Below the pieces are notes generated by a model. It was not told the origin of the DNA. It saw only the letters and a list, made by a program, of their open reading frames with translations, and searched no databases. Source: an uncultured Chloroflexia bacterium (GTDB taxonomy: Bacteria; Chloroflexota; Anaerolineae; Anaerolineales; Anaerolineaceae). Taken from it: DNA of 32,000 bases. The position numbers were made by a program, and so were the translations under genes. Shown here one piece after another: positions 18,681 through 26,000 of the stretch. Where the stretch lies: positions 420,001-452,000 of the forward strand of contig OY969938.1 of assembly GCA_963704755.1 (NCBI GenBank). The letters run 5' to 3'. How positions within the stretch are numbered: the first letter of the stretch is position 1; the number at the start of each line of letters is the position of its first letter.

Positions 18681-19346
18681 TTACTCGCCCAGATGATTCT
18701 GGATCGCGATGATGGCGGCCTGGACCCGGTCGCGGGTGCCCAGGCAGGCAAAGACATTGGATACGATGTTTTTTACCGTGCCCTCACTGAGAAACAGCTT
18801 CTGGGCGATTTCTTTGTTGGTCGCCCCCACCGCGATCAGCTTGAGCACGTCCCGTTCACGGGGGGTCAATTTTTCGATCAATTCGCTGGTCTCATTTTTG
18901 GCAGCCGGCTGGCCTGGGCCGCTGCGCAAATTTACCAGGCGGCCGGCCACAGATGGGGTCAACTGGAAGATACCCCGGTTGGCCGAGTGGATCGCCTGGG
19001 CCAGGTCGCCTGCCAAAATATCTTTGAGTAAATACCCGCGCGCGCCGGACTGGAGCGACTTGACGATATACTCATCGTCCTCCAGGGTGGTCAGCATAAG
19101 CACAATCCGCTCGGGTGTGTCTTGCAAGATGGCCTGGACAGCAGCGATTCCATCCATCACCGGCATGCGGATGTCCATCAGGATCACGTCTGGGCGCAGC
19201 TCCTGGTTCAGGCGAACGGCGTCCTGGCCATTTTCAGCCGTTCCGGCCACCTGAATGCCCGGCTGAATGGCCAGCAGCGAAGCGATCCCCTCACGGACCA
19301 GAGCCTGGTCGTCCACTACTATCACCTTGACCGGTTCAGCACTCAT
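18681..19346 (-). CDS. NarL/FixJ (LuxR-type HTH) response regulator
   Basis: Receiver domain with DD...VILMDIRMP. C-terminal LTPRERDVLKLIAVGATNKEIAQKLFLSEGTVKNIVSNV. Confidence 0.9.
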   Translation of the reverse strand: MSAEPVKVIVVDDQALVREGIASLLAIQPGIQVAGTAENGQDAVRLNQELRPDVILMDIRMPVMDGIAAVQAILQDTPERIVLMLTTLEDDEYIVKSLQSGARGYLLKDILAGDLAQAIHSANRGIFQLTPSVAGRLVNLRSGPGQPAAKNETSELIEKLTPRERDVLKLIAVGATNKEIAQKLFLSEGTVKNIVSNVFACLGTRDRVQAAIIAIQNHLGE

Positions 19347-19357
19347 CCAATTTCCCT

Positions 19358-20566
19358 CTAGCCATAAATGTCCTTTGGCAGTTGTATCGCAATTTTGGTT
19401 CCCTTTCCGGGCTGGCTGATAATTTTCATTTTACCACCGGCAATTTGAACCCGTTCCTGCATGCCTTGCAGCCCAAAATGGCCCTCCTGTGTAGCCTTCT
19501 TGGGGTTAAAACCGGCCCCGTTGTCCTCAATCAGGACCTGGATCCATTTCTTTTGAAAATCTACCGCCAAAACCGCCTGCCCGGCCGCGGCGTGTTTTTG
19601 AATATTGGTCAGTCCTTCCTGGACGACCTGCTTCAAAGTCAATAAAGTCAGTTCGGGGAAGCCGGCATAGCTGCCGCTAAAGCTGTACTCCAGGTTGAGG
19701 CCGTTTTCGCGCACCTTTTGAACGATACTTTCCAGTTCCTCGCCCAAAGGAGTGCCCTCTTCGACCTCGCGCAAATCCTTGATCGTCTGGCGCAGTTCGC
19801 GGATCGAATCGTTGGTGGCCTCCTGGGCTTTCTCGATGGCTCCCTGGCTCTCGGCCGCGTCGATCTCGCGGTAGGCGACCGCCTTTTGGAGCTGGATATT
19901 GATCGCCACCAGGTGATGGCCCAGGCTGTCGTGCAAGTCGCGCGAGATACGGTTACGCTCTTCCTGCTTGCCCAGCGAAATGGAATTGGCGGCGTACGCC
20001 TCGAGCTGGGTGACCAAGGCCTGGTTGCGCCGCCGGACACGGTCGTCCCAGCGAACCACGACCGCCAGTAGATACAGCACCACATAACTGGAGATTTCGT
20101 ACATATCTCCGATGGTCAACTGTCCGGTCAGAAATACTGCCCCTAGCTTCAGGTAAAAGATGTACAGGTAGCCCAGCAAAAAGGGCAGCACCCCCAACGG
20201 GGTGAAATAGAAGCACATCGTAAAGAAAAGGTAGGCGATCAACCCCGAGCTGATCCCGATCGGTTCGCCGATTCTGATGGCGTAAATGGCGAGGATCCGC
20301 AGCCCGGTCAGCAATACCCCCAACAAGAAATAAGGCGTTTTGGGATAAGCCAGGGCTTCGATGATCTCGATCAGTAAAAGCATGGCAAACCCGCTGCCGG
20401 TCAAAATCCATTGCATCGGTGTCAGAGTCGTAAAGTCGTAGCCGGTAAATATTTTCTGGGCCAGCACGGCCATAAAAGTCAGCAAATAGACCAGCGCGAC
20501 CGGAAATCGCAGCGAGCGCTCGAAGTAACGCGGATTGAGTTTGCGAGGGGCATTTTTTCGAAACAT
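19358..20566 (-). CDS. Membrane sensor histidine kinase, HisKA_3 (NarX/DesK/LiaS-like)
   Basis: About 5 N-terminal TM helices. H-box ERNRISRDLHDSLGHHL, N-box EGLTNIQKHA, G-box EDNGAGF. The stop lies 11 nt before the response regulator start. Confidence 0.9.
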   Translation of the reverse strand: MFRKNAPRKLNPRYFERSLRFPVALVYLLTFMAVLAQKIFTGYDFTTLTPMQWILTGSGFAMLLLIEIIEALAYPKTPYFLLGVLLTGLRILAIYAIRIGEPIGISSGLIAYLFFTMCFYFTPLGVLPFLLGYLYIFYLKLGAVFLTGQLTIGDMYEISSYVVLYLLAVVVRWDDRVRRRNQALVTQLEAYAANSISLGKQEERNRISRDLHDSLGHHLVAINIQLQKAVAYREIDAAESQGAIEKAQEATNDSIRELRQTIKDLREVEEGTPLGEELESIVQKVRENGLNLEYSFSGSYAGFPELTLLTLKQVVQEGLTNIQKHAAAGQAVLAVDFQKKWIQVLIEDNGAGFNPKKATQEGHFGLQGMQERVQIAGGKMKIISQPGKGTKIAIQLPKDIYG

Positions 20567-20774
20567 CGGGCTTCCTGTTCTTGATGCATACGCTCGACCT
20601 GGCCGGTAAGAACACCGTCAAGGCCTGAGTAATTTCGTTTTGATGGAACTCCTCAAACTTGTGTAAAAAAGCCTCTAGATTTGAGGAATTTGCAGGGGCT
20701 TTTTACCTGTAAGGTCGAGCAGTTACGTTCTGATTATACAAAGTCTGCCAGGCTACGCGGAGTGCCAAATGGAC

Positions 20775-20818
20775 AAAAAAGGCGGCCATTTTTCACGTGA
20801 AAGATGGCCGCCTTTTTT
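20775..20818. terminator. Strong palindromic, terminator-like hairpin with U-tracts on both strands, in a divergent intergenic region
   Basis: aaaaaaggcggccat-ttttcacgtgaaag-atggccgcctttttt. The loop is itself palindromic (tttcacgtgaaa). It sits between the HK start (20566, leftward) and the plsC-like start (20921, rightward). Confidence 0.5.
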
Positions 20819-20920
20819 GTCCGCCCGGTTAGGGTCCGGATGGCTCGCTTCACTGTTAGGGCCGGCCTCGATTTTTTACACTGGGTACATGAAAACAAAT
20901 CCACGGAGGGAAATACTCCC

Positions 20921-21655
20921 ATGAATGGCGAACAGGCCATATTTGGCATTCAAAAAGTTTTGATGAAAGTTTACAGCGCTGCCTTGATGAACCGCAATGT
21001 CGTTTTCGAAGAAGACCTCCCCCCAGGGCCGCGTATTTTAGTCGCGAACCACCCCACCACGAGCGATCCTTTCCTGCTGGCGCTGCTGGTCAACCGGCCG
21101 CTGAATATCCCCATCACGGGAATGGCCTTCGAAGTGCCGCTTTTTGGGCAGATCTTACGCGCCGCCGGGCATATCCCGGTGGACATGAGCGGCTCAGGCA
21201 ACCAGGACGTGGTCGCCCAGGCGGTGAACCGGCTGGGGGGCGGCAAGACGATCGGGATTTTCCCGGAAGGCGCCTTGAGCCCGGCAGTCGGTTCGTTCGG
21301 CGCCCCCAGGACCGGCGCGGCTCGCATGGCCCTGCTCAGCCAGGCGCCTGTGATCCCGGTGGGGATTTACCTGAGCGAGAACGCCTTCCTCGAAAAGCAG
21401 CTCCAGACCGCCACCTGCACGGATACGGCCCGCTTCGTGGTTCGCGGCGACTATTTTGTCAGCGTCGGCAGGGCCAAAACCTATCGCGGCGACGTCAACG
21501 ATCGCGATTACGTCCGGCTGGTTTCCCGCCAGATCATGGCGGACATTGCCGAGCAGACCCGCAAAAGCCGCGAGCGGATGGTTTGCCAGCCGGCCAAACC
21601 GCTCCTGCGCGACTTGCACGTGGGGGTTTCCAGGAATTTCCCGGCCAACCCGTGA
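20921..21655 (+). CDS. 1-acyl-sn-glycerol-3-phosphate acyltransferase family (PlsC-like)
   Basis: HX4D motif VANHPTTSDPFLL and FPEGALS motif. I chose ATG 20921 (GGAGGG RBS 10 nt upstream) over the ORF-track start at 20804, which lies inside the hairpin. Confidence 0.8.
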   Translation: MNGEQAIFGIQKVLMKVYSAALMNRNVVFEEDLPPGPRILVANHPTTSDPFLLALLVNRPLNIPITGMAFEVPLFGQILRAAGHIPVDMSGSGNQDVVAQAVNRLGGGKTIGIFPEGALSPAVGSFGAPRTGAARMALLSQAPVIPVGIYLSENAFLEKQLQTATCTDTARFVVRGDYFVSVGRAKTYRGDVNDRDYVRLVSRQIMADIAEQTRKSRERMVCQPAKPLLRDLHVGVSRNFPANP

Positions 21656-21709
21656 CCTGGTGGATGGTTCTTCTAATCGCTACCGCAAGGAAATCATAAG
21701 GAAATCTAC

Positions 21710-22432
21710 ATGAACAACGAACCGCTTCAACTTCAAGAACCCAAAATCTCCGCCATCGTATGTGCCTACAACGAAGAGCAGACCATCCCCGGGGTGATGG
21801 ATACGCTATTGCGCAGCCCGTCCATCCACGAAGTCTTCGCCGTGGACGATGGATCGAGCGACCGCACCGCCCGCCTGCTCTCCCGCTACCGCGACCACCC
21901 GCGGGCGCACATTATCCTCCTGCCGGAGAATCAGGGCAAAGGCTGCGCCATGACCACGGCCGCCGGCCAGGCCGGCGGTGAGATCTTTTTGCTGGTAGAC
22001 GCCGATCTGAAAAACCTGACCACCGAGCACGTTGACCTGCTGCTCGCACCAATCCTGGCCGGCCAGGCGGATATGGTCATCGGTTTCCCCATCCGCGATA
22101 AGGCCATCCGCCCGGCCGAATGGCTGGACCCCTGCCGCCCGCTTTCGGGCCAGCGGGCGCTCTATCGCCGGGATTTTATGCCGTTGGTGGACACCATCCG
22201 CTGTTCGGGTTATGGCGTGGAAACGATCTTAAATCTGCACTTCCGCCAACAGAACAAGGTGGTCCAAACCATCTTTTTGCCTTACCTGGTCCATCCCATC
22301 AAAGTCGAGAAAGGCGACCTGGCCACCGCCCTGGCAGGCTACTCCCGCGAAGGCCGCGAGATTCTGGAAACCGCGGCAAAAAATCCGCGCCTGGTTTGGG
22401 GAGCCTTACGCAGCGCGCTGGTGGGTCGTTAA
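21710..22432 (+). CDS. Family 2 glycosyltransferase
   Basis: ISAIVCAYNEEQTIPGV..., VDDGSSDRT, and the LLVDADL DxD motif. Confidence 0.85.
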   Translation: MNNEPLQLQEPKISAIVCAYNEEQTIPGVMDTLLRSPSIHEVFAVDDGSSDRTARLLSRYRDHPRAHIILLPENQGKGCAMTTAAGQAGGEIFLLVDADLKNLTTEHVDLLLAPILAGQADMVIGFPIRDKAIRPAEWLDPCRPLSGQRALYRRDFMPLVDTIRCSGYGVETILNLHFRQQNKVVQTIFLPYLVHPIKVEKGDLATALAGYSREGREILETAAKNPRLVWGALRSALVGR

Positions 22433-22464
22433 CTCCTGCTATCTACAGAAAGTTGCTTTCAATC

Positions 22465-23208
22465 ATGAAAAAACAAATCGAATTCCTGGCAAAAATGGCC
22501 TTTCCCAGGCCATCGATTGCCTTTACCGACCCTGTGCCAGTAAACGAGCCGATTGTGTTCGTGGCCAATCACGAAAAGAATTACGGACCGGCCGTGATGC
22601 AGCTCTATTTTCCCCGGCCAACCCGCCCCTGGGTGATTTACCGCATGCTCGAAGCCGGTATCTGCAAGGTCTATGTGCAGACAACCTTCTTCGAAGAGCG
22701 CCTGGGCTGGCCGGCCGGATTGAGCGCCTTGACCGCCCGGCTGATCGAGCCCTTGCTGATCCGCATCATGGCGTATACCCACCCGGTGCCGGTCTATCTC
22801 GAAGATCCCCGGCGCATCACCAAGACTTTCCAGGACAGCCTGGCGGCCCTACGCGCCGGTGAAAACCTGCTGATCTTCCCCGAAAATCAGGCTGCGCCGG
22901 CTTTCTCCCCCGATCTCCAGGAGTTTTTCCCCGGTTTTCTGTACCTGGCCAAACTCTACCGGCGCGCAACCGGAAAAGGGCTGGTTTTCTGCCCGGTTTC
23001 GATCAACCCGGCCCAAGAGACGGTCACGGCCGGCAAACCGATCCGCTTCAACCCCAACGCCGATTACACCGGCGAAGCCGAGCGCATCCGCCAGCACCTG
23101 ATGCAGCAGATCGCCGGGCTGTATCGCCGGCCGGCAGCCCTCCCGACCGGCCAGCCTTCGCCCGAGACGGCCCCGATCGCTTTCCAGTCTTCTGCAAAAA
23201 TGAGCTAA
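22465..23208 (+). CDS. Lysophospholipid acyltransferase-like protein with a divergent PlsC-family fold
   Basis: MKKQIEFLAK...IVFVANHEKNYGPAVM, where the Asp of HX4D is replaced by Gly, and LLIFPENQ. The ORF-track extension back to 22120 overlaps the GT2 gene and is rejected. Confidence 0.6.
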   Translation: MKKQIEFLAKMAFPRPSIAFTDPVPVNEPIVFVANHEKNYGPAVMQLYFPRPTRPWVIYRMLEAGICKVYVQTTFFEERLGWPAGLSALTARLIEPLLIRIMAYTHPVPVYLEDPRRITKTFQDSLAALRAGENLLIFPENQAAPAFSPDLQEFFPGFLYLAKLYRRATGKGLVFCPVSINPAQETVTAGKPIRFNPNADYTGEAERIRQHLMQQIAGLYRRPAALPTGQPSPETAPIAFQSSAKMS

Positions 23209-23265
23209 ATATATTCACTAAGATGAAGTGTTCGTGTGGGCATTGCTCAACAGAAAAGAGTCCTG

Positions 23266-23312
23266 AATTCGAGGTGTATGTGGGGGTTTCGCCCCCACAT
23301 ACACCTCGAATT
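23266..23312 (+). terminator. Intrinsic terminator: 21-bp stem followed by a T-rich run
   Basis: aattcgaggtgtatgtggggg-tttcg-cccccacatacacctcgaatt, then ttgtgatctttttt, 58 nt after the operon's last stop. Confidence 0.75.
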
Positions 23313-23418
23313 TTGTGATCTTTTTTGTTGTTACCAATTCCTTATGCCGCCGATCCAGCGGGAAGCGCACATTTAGAGGCCCGGCCTTAGCCATCCCCTG
23401 CCAAAGGACAGATAAAAA

Positions 23419-23889
23419 TCAGCGAATCACCGCGGGCAGGTAGACGAAACCCTGGTAAAACGGGCAGGTCACGTTGGCCGTATCGCTGATCGGCGAACTC
23501 GAAGTGGAGTACCCAATCAGGCCAACCGAATATACCTGCCCAAAACCCGCTGCGCCGCCGGAGCCCGGGCCGCCGCAGGGCACTTTCAAACCTTCTCCCA
23601 GCATCGGCTCGCTCAGGTAGGCCGAATTTTCGAAAAATGTCTGCATACGTACCCGTACCTTGCCATCGATAGAAATTTCGAGGCGGGTAAGGGAAGAATC
23701 CGTGCTGGAGGCCGAGACGGAGCGCACGTTGATCGTACAAACTCCGTTCTGGGTCGAAGATTGGACACAATAGGGATTGCTGACCGCCAGAGTCACGGCC
23801 TGGGTCGAATCCGCGGTGACCTGCCCGCCGGAAAGTCCCAGCAGCAGGCCAAGGCCGATCAAGGAAACCACGATGCGGAGAATACGCAT
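23419..23889 (-). CDS. Small secreted 4-Cys protein, uncharacterised family, copy 1
   Basis: Signal peptide MRILRIVVSLIGLGLLLGLSGG. Shared motifs with its upstream neighbour: VSNPYC, C-x-IN, KVPCG-P, DTANvTCP-Y. Ends with the tail YLPAVIR. Confidence 0.75.
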   Translation of the reverse strand: MRILRIVVSLIGLGLLLGLSGGQVTADSTQAVTLAVSNPYCVQSSTQNGVCTINVRSVSASSTDSSLTRLEISIDGKVRVRMQTFFENSAYLSEPMLGEGLKVPCGGPGSGGAAGFGQVYSVGLIGYSTSSSPISDTANVTCPFYQGFVYLPAVIR

Positions 23890-23904
23890 GATGTCCTGCC
23901 TTGA

Positions 23905-24435
23905 TCAGGGATTGTAGGCCGGGCAGGTGAGATTCGCGGTGTCGGTGAGCAAAGTATTGCGATTGGAATCCAGCGGCGTGATAGACACCGAATAAACCGC
24001 GCCGTATAAATCCCCCGCGTTGCCGGCGTTGGGGGCGCCGCAAGGTACTTTAAATCCGTCGGGCACCATATCGTAAGAATAGTAAATCGTGCCTTCGAAG
24101 AAAGCAGTGGCGTTGAACCGGTTTTTGTTGAGAATTGTTATCGACAGCCAGGTCATATAAGGCGGGGTCGATTGATTATCGGTGGCCTGCATGTAACGGA
24201 AATTAATCTGGCATTGGTCGAGCGAAGGATCCGGTTGGTAACAATAGGGATTGGAGACTGTAAAGGGAGTAACTGAATTGGGAGATGGGACGTCCATGGT
24301 CCCGGCATCGCTGCTGCCGCTGACCGGAGGGGACACCGTGGGGTCAGGGGTTTGAGCCGAAACCGGCCGGTTGGCATAAGCCAGGCCGGCTCCCAAAACA
24401 ACCATCAAAAGAACGATCCAAAGGCGTTTACGCAT
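23905..24435 (-). CDS. Small secreted 4-Cys protein, copy 2 (tandem paralogue)
   Basis: Start ATG 24435 (MRKRLWIVLLMVVLGAGLAYA) with a GGGAGGG RBS. Has the same four Cys-containing motifs as copy 1 but lacks the C-terminal tail. Confidence 0.75.
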   Translation of the reverse strand: MRKRLWIVLLMVVLGAGLAYANRPVSAQTPDPTVSPPVSGSSDAGTMDVPSPNSVTPFTVSNPYCYQPDPSLDQCQINFRYMQATDNQSTPPYMTWLSITILNKNRFNATAFFEGTIYYSYDMVPDGFKVPCGAPNAGNAGDLYGAVYSVSITPLDSNRNTLLTDTANLTCPAYNP

Positions 24436-24893
24436 AATTACCCTCCCAAGTAAATGGAAAGACAATGGACTGCTGGTCAGACCATGGCATCGAATCGGCT
24501 ATGCGCAGCCCCCGGCCTGGATTCGCATCACGCGAAACCAGGATCGAGATCAATTCTCCGCCCCTCCTCCCCTTTCCACACTCACCTGTAAATTCAGGAA
24601 GAACGGCGGAATTCAATCAATATCGATCATTATAGTCGTGTTTACAAAAGAATAAAGAGGCAATTTTGCGAGGTTTTGGAAGAATGGGAAAGGCGATGAT
24701 CTGGCCGGGCGTGTGGATCGGCATGGGGCCTGGGTTGCGCCGGAGAGGGTTGGGTGGGAGTTGGGGTAGGAAAGCGATGGTTACGTTCCTTTTTACAACT
24801 GGTGGGAGTGGAACGACTACATTCAACTATGTAGTCCAAAAGTATAATCTTATATTACATCCCAAAATATAAGTGATTTGTTTTTCACTTTTT

Positions 24894-25850
24894 TTATGAT
24901 GTATTACTGACTTGCGTAGCTTTCGGCAAAGGTGTACTAGTAATTGGGAGTGTAAATGTAGGAGTAATCGTAGAAGTAGAATTTGGTTTAGTCGATGAAA
25001 TTCCTTCCAACGATAGATGGCCTAAATTTTGGTTTGAAAATTTTAGGTTATTAGTGCTTGTGCTATTTAAGATAATAAACTCTTGCTTCACCGTATTGCT
25101 ATGTCTATCAAAATAGTAGCAATACTGAGCATCTCCTGAGGATGACAATATTACACATTCAGGAATTGTTGAGGCAACTATATAGTTAGTTTTTCTTAAT
25201 GAAACAGAACGTCCTAGGTTAAAGACGATAAATAATAAAATTGCATAAAAAAATAAAATTTTAAAAAGTCTTAAACCCAGTTTTTCAGAAATACTGCCTA
25301 TAATGTTTTTTTCGGAAATAGATCTATTTGCATTCTCTTGTTTAATCAGTTTTTCTACATACTTCCCTTCCCCCCTTGAAAAAAATGGGCGAATATAACG
25401 AATTGAATATACGAGAAATCCTATTAAATACACTGTAAATTCGTTTTTCAATCCGATATAAATGAAAAGCATAATTAAGAAAAAACTATAAATATAAAAG
25501 GAAGGATAAATTACATCATACAAAGGCTCAGGGATTTTTCCAAATAAAAATGGTTTTGCTAGATTGTTGAACCACATTAAAAATGCAATTCCTAACAGTG
25601 TAACAATCAATGCAACAGAAAAAATTGTAACCAGACTAAAATCATAAGTGAATGTAGGAATTTCGAATGTAGTGAATTCACCAAATTGATAGATAAATAC
25701 AAAAGAATAGCTAAATACTGGAATTAATGCAAGTAGAAGAGTATCCGAATTGACAACTCGTGAAAAAAAATCTTCCTTCTTTGGTTCCATAAATACGTTT
25801 TTACGAATATTCTCCAAGGATTTTCTTGTTCGATTGTTTTTCATTTTCAT
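24894..25850 (-). CDS. Polytopic membrane protein (about 5 TM) with a Cys-containing extracytoplasmic C-terminal domain and a Ser/Thr/Pro-rich tail. Function unknown.
   Basis: 318-aa intact ORF in AT-rich DNA. Four clustered TM helices, a charged loop (RGEGKYVEKLIKQENANRS...), a fifth TM, then ...IPECVILSSSGDAQYCYYFD...STKPNSTSTITPTFTLPITSTPLP. It is divergent from the HerA-like gene across a 150-bp spacer. Confidence 0.7.
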   Translation of the reverse strand: MKMKNNRTRKSLENIRKNVFMEPKKEDFFSRVVNSDTLLLALIPVFSYSFVFIYQFGEFTTFEIPTFTYDFSLVTIFSVALIVTLLGIAFLMWFNNLAKPFLFGKIPEPLYDVIYPSFYIYSFFLIMLFIYIGLKNEFTVYLIGFLVYSIRYIRPFFSRGEGKYVEKLIKQENANRSISEKNIIGSISEKLGLRLFKILFFYAILLFIVFNLGRSVSLRKTNYIVASTIPECVILSSSGDAQYCYYFDRHSNTVKQEFIILNSTSTNNLKFSNQNLGHLSLEGISSTKPNSTSTITPTFTLPITSTPLPKATQVSNTS

Positions 25851-26000
25851 TTCACCCCCAATTTAGTTTCACATTTGTAAGGATTTTTTAAATAAAAGTA
25901 TATTATGATAATAAATAGATATGTAATTAAGGGGGGGATTTTTCCGTAAGATTACCTCTCGTAATTTTCGTTCTTTCTATATTTACAATGTGAGATTCAT

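Noticed and set aside
22120-22464. 115-codon N-terminal extension of the second acyltransferase ORF.
   Set aside because: It overlaps the 3' end of the GT2 gene in another frame and gives Pro/Gly/Arg-rich low-complexity translation. The family-like sequence begins at ATG 22465 (MKKQIEFLAK...).
24440-24890. Small ORFs (24428-24616, 24617-24826, 24642-24839 minus; 24666-24872 plus) in the spacer between the 4-Cys genes and island 3, plus an 8-bp-stem hairpin gactacat-tcaact-atgtagtc at about 24823-24844.
   Set aside because: The ORFs mutually overlap, have Gly/Trp/Arg- or Pro-rich translations, and lack RBSs. The region more likely holds the promoter of the 4-Cys gene pair. The hairpin is short and could be incidental, although it lies next to the island boundary.
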